A stretch of 32,000 nt of DNA from Clostridiales bacterium (GTDB lineage: Bacteria; Bacillota; Clostridia; Christensenellales; Aristaeellaceae): NCBI GenBank assembly GCA_004556155.1, contig SFIM01000002.1:15708-47707 (forward strand), written 5' to 3'. The translations under genes and the position numbers were made by a program. Below the pieces are notes generated by a model. The model was not told where the DNA came from, made no database searches, and was given only the letters and a program-made list of their open reading frames with translations. Positions within the stretch are counted from its first letter, which is position 1; every line of letters begins with the position of its first letter. Shown here in pieces: positions 7,990-16,124 of the stretch.

Positions 7990-8454
7990 TAAATACCAGC
8001 ATTCGTCCAGTATCACCACATTTTCAATGGTTACATCCGCGATACTTGCGCAAAGCGACAGGATAGCCTCGGCGCTTTCCTGTGAAAGCCTTTGCTGCGT
8101 ACAGATCAGGGCGATATCCTCCCGCAAAGCACAAACAACCGCCCCTTCGCACCGGGCGGCAAGCGCGGATTCGATGGCAAGTTCCTTCTCCTGCCGTTCA
8201 ATCAGGCGCATAAGTTCTTCACCCGCCTCAAAATTTTCCTGCGAAATTTTTTCAAGCGCGGTCATTTCCTGTGCGCGCTGCGCATCGCGGCGCTCCCGAT
8301 AGCTTTGCGCCGCGGGGGCCTGTGTGGGCGCTGCATAGGCAAACACCTGCGTCAGCGGCACGGTGGATGCAGCAGGCCGTGCGTATAAGCGCAGAAAATA
8401 CGCCCCCATCACCGCGCACAGCAAAAGCGCCAGCGCAATCCTTCGTCCCTTCAC
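7987..8454 (-). CDS. spoIIIAH: Stage III sporulation protein AH
   Basis: 155 aa. It has an N-terminal TM helix, a charged coiled region, then a C-terminal alpha/beta domain, and occupies the last position of the spoIIIA operon. GTG start has a GTGA overlap with the spoIIIAG stop and a GGAGGAGGG SD. Confidence 0.6.
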   Translation of the reverse strand: MKGRRIALALLLCAVMGAYFLRLYARPAASTVPLTQVFAYAAPTQAPAAQSYRERRDAQRAQEMTALEKISQENFEAGEELMRLIERQEKELAIESALAARCEGAVVCALREDIALICTQQRLSQESAEAILSLCASIADVTIENVVILDECWYL

Positions 8455-8828
8455 CGCGTTCCCTCCTCCATCGTCAGCACCAGTACGCTCTGAGCATCCA
8501 AGTCCAATAGACGCATCAGCGCCTGCGTCAAGTTCAGCCGCACAGCGATATCCCCCGCCCCCTGCGCCACCGCCACCGCGCCCACCGGCCGCTGCGCCGC
8601 GCTGGAAAACGCGCCATCCTTAGGCGCATAATACAGCGTAACGCGCACATTGCCCGCCCCGCTCACGCTGGACAGCGCGCGGGAGAGGCGTTTTTCCTCG
8701 CTGGTCATGCCGCCCTGATCCCCCTGCGCGCCCAGCAGCAGCGCGCAGGCCGCCAGCGCTGCCAGCGCCATCAGCAGCCTTGCGCGCAGCGACGGGTTTT
8801 TCAAGGCTTGCCTGATTCTCTCCATCAT
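8451..8828 (-). CDS. spoIIIAG: Stage III sporulation protein AG (short form)
   Basis: TM helix followed by EEKRLSRALSSVSGAGNVRVTLYY...VGAVAVAQGAGD...VLVLTM, the SpoIIIAG core. The start is set at ATG 8828, which overlaps the spoIIIAF stop as ATGA. The ORF-track start at 8900 lies inside spoIIIAF. Confidence 0.7.
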   Translation of the reverse strand: MMERIRQALKNPSLRARLLMALAALAACALLLGAQGDQGGMTSEEKRLSRALSSVSGAGNVRVTLYYAPKDGAFSSAAQRPVGAVAVAQGAGDIAVRLNLTQALMRLLDLDAQSVLVLTMEEGTR

Positions 8829-8989
8829 CCCACGCTCAAACATCCTTTCAAGGCCGACAGCATGCAGATCATCGCCGTTAACCCCAGCAGCGCGCCGCAT
8901 AAATCGCGCAGCTTGCCCTCGGGCAGCAGCATTTCTCCAGCCATGCGCAAAAGCGCGATCATGGCCAGGCTCCGCAGAAAAGCATACAT
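8825..8989 (-). CDS. spoIIIAF: Stage III sporulation protein AF, 54-aa membrane-only form (absent from the ORF track)
   Basis: Hand translation gives MYAFLRSLAMIALLRMAGEMLLPEGKLRDLCGALLGLTAMICMLSALKGCLSVG. It aligns with the N-terminal two-TM part of B. subtilis SpoIIIAF (..DMLLPSSSMQKYAKMVVSLLLIVVML..). It fills the AE-AG gap exactly and its stop overlaps the AG start. Confidence 0.5.
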   Translation of the reverse strand: MYAFLRSLAMIALLRMAGEMLLPEGKLRDLCGALLGLTAMICMLSALKGCLSVG

Positions 8990-8993
8990 CACT

Positions 8994-10112
8994 TTATCTT
9001 AGCCCCACCGTGCCGTTGCCCACCGCCAACACCTGCGCCACCAGCAGTACAAACATGGCGCTGACCGATAGCTGAATGATAAACAACAGCATCAACGCAT
9101 CCGAAAAACCCTGCAAAAGATCGGCCGCCCTGGACGGCGAAACAGGCTGCAAAAGCGCGGCGCAGAGCCGATAAGTCATCACCGCGCACAGCGTGCGGAT
9201 CATGGGCACCGCCGCGGCTGAAAGCAGCAGCGCTAGCCCCGTTACGCCCACCGCGTTTTTGATCAGCAGCGAGCAGCCCACCAGCGTATCCATGGTGTCG
9301 GCAAACATACCACCCACAACCGGCACAAAGTTGTCCACCGCGTATTTGGCTGCGCGGATGCTTATGCCGTCCGCCGCAGAGGCCGTCAGCCCCTGCAATG
9401 ACGTTACCCCCAGGAAAACCGTAAAGGCCACGCCCAGCAGCCAGTTGGAGGCCGTGCGCAGCAGCCCAGCCAACCGTGACAGCCGCATGCGCGGGGACAG
9501 ATGATCCAGCAGCGTCACGACCGCCACCCCAGTGCTCAGCCGCAGCGATACCCCGCGCACCAGCGCCGTCACAATGCCGCTGGCCGCGCTGACCGCAGGC
9601 TCCAGCAGAGCCGCGCCATGGCTGCCTCCAACGGCTGCAAGCAGCGTCAGCAGAATCGGAAACAGCGCCTGCATCATCTCGGCCATCCGGGATACCGTCT
9701 GCTCGGCTTCGTGCATATAAAGCTGCATATCGGCAGCAATCGTAGCGGCCAGCGCCAGGAAGCACGCGCTCTCTGCGATCCTGATTACGTCCTTTCGCTT
9801 GCCGCCCAGCAACCCTGCCGCGCTTGCCAGCAGCGCCGGGGCAAGCAGTCCCATCATTCTGGAAAAGCTGCTGCGCGCCTCGCCATACAAGCGCCGCAGC
9901 AGGGTATCCAGCACCTGCCTTGCGTCCCATATCATCTCGCCCTTGGCCAGCCGCAATAGATACACCCGCAGGTTGTCCTCGCGCGCGGCTGTTTCAAGCG
10001 GTGCTAAATCCACCTGTCCAAGCGCCTGCTCCAGGCCCGCGTCCAACCCCTGCGCGCAGGCAAGCGCAGGAAGCAGCAGCATCAACATCACCAGCGCTAT
10101 CAGCCGTTTCAT
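8994..10112 (-). CDS. spoIIIAE: Stage III sporulation protein AE
   Basis: 372 aa with a signal peptide, polytopic. AKYAVDNFVPVVGGMFADTMDTLVGCSLLIKNAVGVTG is the hallmark SpoIIIAE motif. ATGA overlap with spoIIIAD. Confidence 0.9.
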   Translation of the reverse strand: MKRLIALVMLMLLLPALACAQGLDAGLEQALGQVDLAPLETAAREDNLRVYLLRLAKGEMIWDARQVLDTLLRRLYGEARSSFSRMMGLLAPALLASAAGLLGGKRKDVIRIAESACFLALAATIAADMQLYMHEAEQTVSRMAEMMQALFPILLTLLAAVGGSHGAALLEPAVSAASGIVTALVRGVSLRLSTGVAVVTLLDHLSPRMRLSRLAGLLRTASNWLLGVAFTVFLGVTSLQGLTASAADGISIRAAKYAVDNFVPVVGGMFADTMDTLVGCSLLIKNAVGVTGLALLLSAAAVPMIRTLCAVMTYRLCAALLQPVSPSRAADLLQGFSDALMLLFIIQLSVSAMFVLLVAQVLAVGNGTVGLR

Positions 10113-10498
10113 GCTGTCAACTCCATCACCAGCCCGGCAAGCTGCCGCAGAAGCGGGGCACTGAGCAGCAATAAAATCACCTTCGCCCCCGTTTCAACAT
10201 GCAGCGCCAGGCCTTCCTCGCCAGCATCGCGGCAGGCCTGGGCCGCCAGCTCCGATACCAGCGCCACGCCCAGAATTCTAAGGATCAGTGCCAGCTGGCC
10301 CTCCTGAAGCTGGGCGCACTGCGCCAGCTCCCGCAGCACATCGGCCGCCTCGCCCAGCTTGTCCAGCGCCAGCAGCAGCACCGCCGCGCCGGCAAAGGCC
10401 GCCGCCGCCCAGCCCAGCGCCTGATGCTGACGCTTAAGCATAACGGCCGCAAGCGCGCCCAGCACCGCCAGCCCGGTCATTCGCCAGAAATCCGCCAT
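10109..10498 (-). CDS. spoIIIAD: Stage III sporulation protein AD
   Basis: 129 aa membrane protein. LILRILGVALVSELAAQACRDAGEEGLALHVE matches the SpoIIIAD core. Operon position also fits. Confidence 0.85.
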   Translation of the reverse strand: MADFWRMTGLAVLGALAAVMLKRQHQALGWAAAAFAGAAVLLLALDKLGEAADVLRELAQCAQLQEGQLALILRILGVALVSELAAQACRDAGEEGLALHVETGAKVILLLLSAPLLRQLAGLVMELTA

Positions 10499-10499
10499 G

Positions 10500-10697
10500 T
10501 TAATACAGCCCGAAAATGCTCTGCACGTTTGACAGCAGCTCGGCCACCAGCGTTACCACCATCATCAGCACAATCACAAGCCCGGCGATGGTAGTCATTG
10601 TGGCAATGTCCTCCCGCCCAGCGCGGGTCAGAATCTGCGAGATTACCGTCACCAGCACCCCCACGCCCGCAATGCGAAGCAGCTGCTGCACCTGCAT
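10500..10697 (-). CDS. spoIIIAC: Stage III sporulation protein AC
   Basis: 65 aa. IAGVGVLVTVISQILTRAGREDIATMTTIAGLVIVLMMV is nearly the canonical SpoIIIAC sequence. GGGAGGAT SD lies upstream. Confidence 0.9.
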   Translation of the reverse strand: MQVQQLLRIAGVGVLVTVISQILTRAGREDIATMTTIAGLVIVLMMVVTLVAELLSNVQSIFGLY

Positions 10698-10712
10698 GCT
10701 TTTATCCTCCCG

Positions 10713-11177
10713 TTACCATAGAATCATCAGCGCGCACGCCCCGCTCAATGCGCCCAGGCTGGCAAACAGACGCGACTGCGCGTCGCGCTTTTGCTCGGCC
10801 TGGCGGCAAAGCTCCGCCATGCGCTCCAAGGCATAATCAAAGGCCGCCGCCTGCTCCTCCGCGCTGCCGTTGCACACTGCGTGCAGAACATGAATCACCA
10901 CCGCGCGTTCTTCTTGCCGCAGCAGCGTATCCACTGCGTCCTGCTGGTACAGCAGTCCCGCATCCGCACCTGCGATTTCGGCCGCCTGAGCTAAATTGTC
11001 AAAGCCGCCTGCGCGCAGGATCGCCCCGCAGTCTGCCCGCGCATACAGCGCCGATGCGCGCATGGCATACAGGCGCGCCTGCATATCCCGCAGCGCCGCC
11101 GCCCTGCGATACAGTCTTGCCGCGCACCCGGCCCCCGCCATCAGGCAGAGCGCCGCCGCGCCTATTGCCCGCAGCAT
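10713..11177 (-). CDS. spoIIIAB: Stage III sporulation protein AB
   Basis: MLRAIGAAALCL... aligns with the B. subtilis SpoIIIAB N-terminus MLKLLGAVFIV. It has a C-terminal TM helix, and size and operon position fit. The ATG at 11177 is preferred over the ORF-track start at 11213. Confidence 0.75.
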   Translation of the reverse strand: MLRAIGAAALCLMAGAGCAARLYRRAAALRDMQARLYAMRASALYARADCGAILRAGGFDNLAQAAEIAGADAGLLYQQDAVDTLLRQEERAVVIHVLHAVCNGSAEEQAAAFDYALERMAELCRQAEQKRDAQSRLFASLGALSGACALMILW

Positions 11178-12025
11178 CCCTGTTTCAATACCTCCGCAGC
11201 GGGAAGAACGCACGTAACGCGCCGCTCCCGCACAAAAATCACCTGTTCAAAAATGCCCTCAGCCAACAAGTCCTCAATGCCCGTGCGCAGGCAAACCTCG
11301 CGCCCCGTGGCTGCGTGCAGCGTTGTCAGCACCGGGACGCCGCAGGCCGCCGCCTCCCGAACCGCCAGGCACTCATCGCTGCCGTACAGCTCATCCATAG
11401 CCAGCAGCCCTGGGCACATGGCCCGCAGCAGCCAGCGAAGCCCGGATGCCTTGCCGCAGCCATCCAGCACATGCGTGCGCGCGCCCACATCCAGCTGCGG
11501 CACCCCCTCCACACAGGCGGCGATTTCCCCGCGCTCGTCGCACAGGCCAACCGCCGTGCCTTCGTCCGAAAGGATGCGCACGATATCGCGCAGCAGCGTC
11601 GTCTTGCCACTGCCCGGCGGGCCTGCGATCAGCGCGCCGCCTCCACGGAGCATCCTCGCCGTATCCGCCCCGCAGCCCTTTACCTCGTGCGCAATGCGCA
11701 GGCACAGGCTGCCGATCTCGCGCAAAACAAGCCCGTCCCGCTCGCAGGTAACGCGCCCGCAAAGCCCCATGCGGTGCCCGCCGCGCAGCGTCAAAAAGCC
11801 TGCGCCCGTGCTGGCGGGCGACATGCGCAGCGTTCGGCGGCTCAGTGCCTGCGCCGCATCGTAGATTTCCTGCCCGCTTACACAGGCGCGGGTTCGTATT
11901 TCGCCCTCCATCGTTGTTACCGCGCAGGGTCTGTCAGCCAGCAAGCGAATATCGCACGCCCGGCTCATATCCAGCCCGCGCAGTTCTTCCCGGATGGCTG
12001 CGGGCAAAGCATTCATCAGCTCCAT
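11162..12025 (-). CDS. spoIIIAA: Stage III sporulation protein AA (secretion-type AAA+ ATPase)
   Basis: 287 aa. Walker A GPPGSGKTTLLRD and Walker B LLAMDEL. First gene of the spoIIIA operon. Confidence 0.9.
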   Translation of the reverse strand: MELMNALPAAIREELRGLDMSRACDIRLLADRPCAVTTMEGEIRTRACVSGQEIYDAAQALSRRTLRMSPASTGAGFLTLRGGHRMGLCGRVTCERDGLVLREIGSLCLRIAHEVKGCGADTARMLRGGGALIAGPPGSGKTTLLRDIVRILSDEGTAVGLCDERGEIAACVEGVPQLDVGARTHVLDGCGKASGLRWLLRAMCPGLLAMDELYGSDECLAVREAAACGVPVLTTLHAATGREVCLRTGIEDLLAEGIFEQVIFVRERRVTCVLPAAEVLKQGCCGQ

Positions 12026-12030
12026 GCCCT

Positions 12031-12057
12031 ACCCTATGCGCGCCGCGCGGCGGGTAT
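12031..12057 (-). promoter_or_regulatory. Candidate sigma-E-type promoter of the spoIIIA operon
   Basis: Minus strand reads ATACC-N14-CATAGGGT. The -10 ends only 5 nt before the annotated ATG at 12025, so the leader would be absent or extremely short. Low confidence. Confidence 0.3.
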
Positions 12058-12743
12058 TACTCAAAGAGCAGAATGCCCAGGCATGTATACAGCGCGCCGT
12101 CCACGATATCCTCATTGCGCAGATGATAGCTTTTGCGCGCCGCCAGCACCGCGCGGCTGGTAGCCTCGCCGTACACGCCGTCAGCCGATCCATGCAGAAA
12201 GCCCTGCTGGCGCAGGCGAAGCTGCACTTCTCGCACATGGCTGCCACGATCGCCCGGCCGCAGGGTGCGCAGGCTGTCGCCCAGCGGCCCATAGGGCCCG
12301 CCCTCCAGATAAACGCGCGTGCCGTTGGGTACCATGGCATACAGCGCTTCCGCATCGGCCACACGCAGACGTATGCAGCCATGCGAAGCATTGGCGCCGA
12401 TAGAATCAGGCCGGTTGGTACCGTGAATGCCGTAAACGCCCCAGGGCACATTGAGCCTGAGAAAGCGCGTGCCAAAGCCCGACATTTCCGTTTTAAAGCG
12501 CCCGATGACGGTAAACACGCCGATGGGCGAGGGCGTGCTCCACGCGCCGGAGGCGATGGGATAGCGTTTCAGCACAGTTGTGCCCTGATAAAGCGTCAGG
12601 CGTTTCAAATCCAGCTCGATCAGTATCCACTTTTTCTGCGGCGCGGCAGAAGGGGCGCTCGCAGGCAGCGCCTCGTGCGCAAGCACAGCGCTCCAAAGCG
12701 CCAGCGCAAAAGCAAGCAATAAAAAAGCCCGCCGCACGCGCAT
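12057..12743 (-). CDS. L,D-transpeptidase (YkuD domain) with C-terminal peptidoglycan-binding domain
   Basis: Signal peptide RRAFLLLAFALALWSAVLA. Catalytic motif HGTNRPDSIGANASHGCIRL. C-terminal PG_binding_1-like VREVQLRLRQQGFLHGSADGVYGEATSRAVLAARK. Start is placed at ATG 12743, just after a G-rich SD. The upstream in-frame ATGs lack an SD. Confidence 0.8.
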   Translation of the reverse strand: MRVRRAFLLLAFALALWSAVLAHEALPASAPSAAPQKKWILIELDLKRLTLYQGTTVLKRYPIASGAWSTPSPIGVFTVIGRFKTEMSGFGTRFLRLNVPWGVYGIHGTNRPDSIGANASHGCIRLRVADAEALYAMVPNGTRVYLEGGPYGPLGDSLRTLRPGDRGSHVREVQLRLRQQGFLHGSADGVYGEATSRAVLAARKSYHLRNEDIVDGALYTCLGILLFE

Positions 12744-12792
12744 CCCCCCCTTCATGGAAGGATATGCATGGGCGGATTCAGGCATGACGCGA

Positions 12793-13863
12793 TTACTCGA
12801 CGGGCACGCCGTTTTCAATCTTCACTTCGCCGGTTTGGATAAAGCTTTGGGGCAGGTTCTGCATGTTGGTTACTTCGCGGGTATAGATCAGCTTTTTGAA
12901 CGCCCGCTCGCGATCGTCCTGCTCGGTCAGCTCATAGGGGCGATAATCTCCCGCGCCCGTGGTGGTGCAGGGAATGAGCTTGAACATGCTGAGCGCAGGC
13001 TTGCCGTCCTGTGCCAAATCATACGTCACCCGGAAAATGCCGGTATCCCGATCCACCTTGGAGGACATGGTGCCAAAGGTAAAATTGCCCGTAGAATACA
13101 GGATCACGCCGCCATTATAAAACTGCACAGCCTGCAACACATGCGGACCATGGCCAAACAGCACATCCGCGCCCAGATCAATCACCTTACGGGCGTATTT
13201 GAACTGCCAGCTTTCAGGAATCGCCTTGGTTTCCTTGCCCCAATGGAGGGATACGATCACCAGATCGCACCCGTCGGCGCGCAGCTGCTCAATTCGCTGC
13301 TTCATGGCAGGCAAATCCTTATCCTGCGGAATGGAAAAGCCGATGGCGCCGATCTTAACGCCCTTGACCTCGGCGGTCATCACCACATCCTGCTTACGGG
13401 TTTTGCTGTCCAGATATGTGCTGCCAAAGTGCTTGAAGTTCATTTCGTCCAGCGTCTGCATCGTATCCTGATAGCCTTCAAGATAATAATCAAAGCAGTG
13501 GTTATTCACCGTATTGACCGCATCCACGCCGGAATTCAGCAGCACCTGCGCGTATTTGGGCTGACCCACCAGCGGAAACACCTTATCGGTATGCTTGGTA
13601 CGCTCGGTAAAGACAACCTCCAGATTGGCGAAGGTGAAATCATCCTGATCCAGATATTCGCGCACCAGAGAAAATGGCCAATCCATGCCCTTTTCATCCA
13701 GCACCGTGGTGTAGGTATCGGCCTTGCCGCGGTTCTGAATGGCTTCGCCAATGCTGCAATCGCCGATAAAGGAAAGCGTCAGCTGTTCTCCCAGCGCGCA
13801 GGCTGGCAATAGAATCAGGCACAAAGCCGCGCACAGCGCGCGGACAAGCAGGCTTTTTTTCAC
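12793..13863 (-). CDS. CapA/PGA_cap-family metallophosphoesterase-like lipoprotein
   Basis: Motifs FIGDCSIG, FANLEVV, VNNHCFDY, SLHWGKE and FGHGPHV. GTG start at 13863 (AAAGGAG 8 nt upstream) gives the lipoprotein signal MKKSLLVRALCAALCLILLPAC. The upstream ATG at 13896 lies inside the -10 box. Confidence 0.8.
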   Translation of the reverse strand: MKKSLLVRALCAALCLILLPACALGEQLTLSFIGDCSIGEAIQNRGKADTYTTVLDEKGMDWPFSLVREYLDQDDFTFANLEVVFTERTKHTDKVFPLVGQPKYAQVLLNSGVDAVNTVNNHCFDYYLEGYQDTMQTLDEMNFKHFGSTYLDSKTRKQDVVMTAEVKGVKIGAIGFSIPQDKDLPAMKQRIEQLRADGCDLVIVSLHWGKETKAIPESWQFKYARKVIDLGADVLFGHGPHVLQAVQFYNGGVILYSTGNFTFGTMSSKVDRDTGIFRVTYDLAQDGKPALSMFKLIPCTTTGAGDYRPYELTEQDDRERAFKKLIYTREVTNMQNLPQSFIQTGEVKIENGVPVE

Positions 13864-13894
13864 AGTTTCAGCTCCTTTGTTCGTATTCGTGCTC

Positions 13895-13923
13895 ATTATA
13901 GTTTTTCCAGCGTTCCTTGTCAA
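13895..13923 (-). promoter_or_regulatory. Consensus sigma-A promoter of the CapA-like gene
   Basis: Minus strand reads TTGACA-17 nt-TATAAT, both hexamers perfect. Confidence 0.7.
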
Positions 13924-13940
13924 TGCACGGGATGTAACAA

Positions 13941-14792
13941 TTATTCGATCGTCAGCGTATGGCGCAGGCTTCGCTCCTGGCCGGGACGCAGGGCGATCAT
14001 ACCCGGTTTATGGCGAATATCGCCGTCCGCGTCGGTATAATCCGGGGCGTTGCGCCACGGTTCTATGCAGATGTACCCCGCACCCGGCACCGTCCACAGA
14101 AGCAGCACATCAAAGTCCGGATACGCCACACGGATTTTGCGTCCGTGCAGCGGGCTTTGCAGGGTAACGCCGCGGCTGGCAAGGTTCAAAAACACCAGGG
14201 AATCATACGTTTCAAAGTCCGCGCGGCGCAGTTGAAACACGCGCGTATGCTGCCCAAGCGATACCGTGCGATGGGTGATCAGCGAGCCCTCCAGCAGGCT
14301 GTGGTCAAAATTCTCAGCTTGATCAAACACCAGCTCGTAAGCTTCGATGCCCTCCGGCGCGGCGTAAGCCTCGTGCGCGCCCATGGAAAAGCAAAAGTCC
14401 TGCGTATCCAGATTGTAAACCGCGTATTCTACCTGTACCTGGTTTTCACATAGCACATACCGCGCACGCAATTTATATTGGAAAGGAAAGCCCGGATGCG
14501 GCTGCGTCAGCAGGAACGTCACGCTGTCCGCCGTCTGCTTCTCCACCTGCCAGTCCATGCCGCTGGAAAAGCCGTGCTTGGGCATGGCATAGCGCACGCC
14601 GTCCAGCGTATAGGCGTCGCCGCGCAGCGCGCCAGCCACCGGGAACAGCACCGGCGCATGCCCTGTCCAGAAGGCGGGATCGCCCTGCCAGATGCGCTCG
14701 ACGCCATTTTGATCGCGCAGAGATTGCAGCTCGGCCCCATGGGTAGAAAACACGGCGGTCAGGCGTTCGTTTTTAATTTCAATCATGTCCAT
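13941..14792 (-). CDS. Aldose 1-epimerase family protein (LacX-like)
   Basis: 283 aa. N-terminal pattern ...FSTHGAELQSL...GVERIWQGDPAFWTGHAPVLFPVAG...MPKHGF and C-terminal ICIEPW are typical of the short galactose-mutarotase-like family. Confidence 0.8.
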   Translation of the reverse strand: MDMIEIKNERLTAVFSTHGAELQSLRDQNGVERIWQGDPAFWTGHAPVLFPVAGALRGDAYTLDGVRYAMPKHGFSSGMDWQVEKQTADSVTFLLTQPHPGFPFQYKLRARYVLCENQVQVEYAVYNLDTQDFCFSMGAHEAYAAPEGIEAYELVFDQAENFDHSLLEGSLITHRTVSLGQHTRVFQLRRADFETYDSLVFLNLASRGVTLQSPLHGRKIRVAYPDFDVLLLWTVPGAGYICIEPWRNAPDYTDADGDIRHKPGMIALRPGQERSLRHTLTIE

Positions 14793-14814
14793 GTTAACGC
14801 GCTCCTGTACATTT

Positions 14815-14833
14815 TGATATTTTCATGATATCA
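14815..14833. promoter_or_regulatory. Inverted repeat TGATAT-N7-ATATCA (possible operator)
   Basis: 6-bp arms at 14815-14820 and 14828-14833 overlap the -10 of the minus-strand promoter. Confidence 0.3.
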
Positions 14834-14853
14834 GCCCCGCCGCTTCTTGTCAA
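14825..14853 (-). promoter_or_regulatory. Sigma-A promoter of the aldose-epimerase-like gene
   Basis: Minus strand reads TTGACA (14848-14853) -17 nt- TATCAT (14825-14830). The CAGGAG SD follows. Confidence 0.6.
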
Positions 14854-14875
14854 CCGGCGCAGGGCATGCTATAAT
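14847..14875 (+). promoter_or_regulatory. Sigma-A promoter of the SGNH hydrolase gene
   Basis: TTGTCA (14847-14852) -17 nt- TATAAT (14870-14875). Its -35 overlaps the -35 of the divergent promoter by 5 nt on the opposite strand. Confidence 0.7.
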
Positions 14876-14921
14876 CACCGGGTAATCAAACGTTTGCCGA
14901 AAGGAGCCTTTCATAACTGCC

Positions 14922-16064
14922 ATGAATGCACAAAAGTGGGTTGCCATTTGGGGATCCTCCCCCTCTATTTCCGAGCCGCACCCGGCGCGCTATGCCAAGA
15001 ATATCACGCTGCGCTATGTGCTGCGCGCCATGCTGGATGGCGAAAAGATTCGCCTGCACCTGAGCAATCTTGGCGGGCAGGAGGACGTTGTGATCCCTCG
15101 CGTATACGTCGCCCCCGTCACACAGGGCAGCGACACCGATGAATCGCGCATGCTGCCCGTCACCTTCGGTGGAGATTTTGCCTGTAAGATGGCTGCCGGC
15201 GAGAGCGTTGAAAGCGACATTGTCGAGCTGCCGCTCAAGCGCGGGCAGGATTATGCCGTCAGCCTGTACCTGGGCGATATGACGCTGCTGGCCTCGGGCA
15301 CCAAGGATACGGGCCCGCTGTGCCGCGCCTTCTTTGCCGAGGGCAATTTTGCCGCCTGTTCTCAACTGGATCCCTTCTATACCGCGCCGATGAATATCTT
15401 CTATTTTCTTACGGGCGTAGACGCGCTGTGCCGCGAGGATTGCCATGCGCTGGTGTGCTTTGGCGACAGCATTACCGCCCAATCCTGGCCCGATTACCTG
15501 ATGCTGCGCGTGCTGCGCGACGGCCCCGAAAACCTTTCCGTCATTCGCCGCGGCATCGGCGGCAGCCGCGTGCTGCGTTCCTATCAGCATGTGCTGATCC
15601 GCCATTATGGGCAAAAGGGCGCGGATCGCTTCGAGCGCGAAGTTGCCGCTGCTGGAGCCGACCGGGTGATCGTCCTGCACGGCGTAAACGATCTGATTCA
15701 TCCCGACGGCAGTCTGTTCCGTCCGTGGAGCGATTTACCCACGGCACAGGAATTGATCGACGGCCTGCGCTATTATGTGCAGCGCGGCCATGCGCTTGGC
15801 TTGAAGGTCTACCTGGCTACCATCCTGAGCATCAAGGGCTGGCATACCTACAACGCCCAGCGTGAGGAAATCCGCCATGCGGTGAACGCCTGGATTCGCA
15901 CCCAGACGGAGGCCGACGGCGTGGTGGATTTCGACACGGTCACGCGTGAGACAGCCGATCCCGATCTGCGCCGCCCGGACTGCGACAGCGGCGACCATCT
16001 GCATCCCAGCCTCGAAGGCGCGCAGCGCATGGCCGAGAGCGTACCGGCAGAATACTTGAAATAA
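14922..16064 (+). CDS. SGNH/GDSL-family hydrolase with an N-terminal beta-sandwich-like extension
   Basis: The four SGNH blocks are readable: CFGDSIT, GIGGSR, GVND and DHLHP. No signal peptide. Confidence 0.8.
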   Translation: MNAQKWVAIWGSSPSISEPHPARYAKNITLRYVLRAMLDGEKIRLHLSNLGGQEDVVIPRVYVAPVTQGSDTDESRMLPVTFGGDFACKMAAGESVESDIVELPLKRGQDYAVSLYLGDMTLLASGTKDTGPLCRAFFAEGNFAACSQLDPFYTAPMNIFYFLTGVDALCREDCHALVCFGDSITAQSWPDYLMLRVLRDGPENLSVIRRGIGGSRVLRSYQHVLIRHYGQKGADRFEREVAAAGADRVIVLHGVNDLIHPDGSLFRPWSDLPTAQELIDGLRYYVQRGHALGLKVYLATILSIKGWHTYNAQREEIRHAVNAWIRTQTEADGVVDFDTVTRETADPDLRRPDCDSGDHLHPSLEGAQRMAESVPAEYLK

Positions 16065-16088
16065 CTGATATCAGGCAATAAGGCAATA

Positions 16089-16120
16089 AAAACAGGCATG
16101 ATTTCAATCGTGCCTGTTTT
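16089..16120. terminator. Bidirectional intrinsic terminator
   Basis: AAAACAGGCA (16089-16098) pairs with TGCCTGTTTT (16111-16120) around a 12-nt loop. T-runs follow on both strands. It sits between convergent genes. Confidence 0.75.
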
Positions 16121-16124
16121 GCTT

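Noticed and set aside
8989-9930. 313-aa minus-strand ORF in an alternative frame of spoIIIAE
   Set aside because: It overlaps the SpoIIIAE frame, which carries the hallmark motif. The alternative product is Gly/Ala/Arg-rich with no features.
10598-12163. 521-aa plus-strand ORF, Pro/Ala/Arg-rich
   Set aside because: It is antisense to spoIIIAA and spoIIIAB, both strongly supported, and is low in complexity. Shadow ORF.
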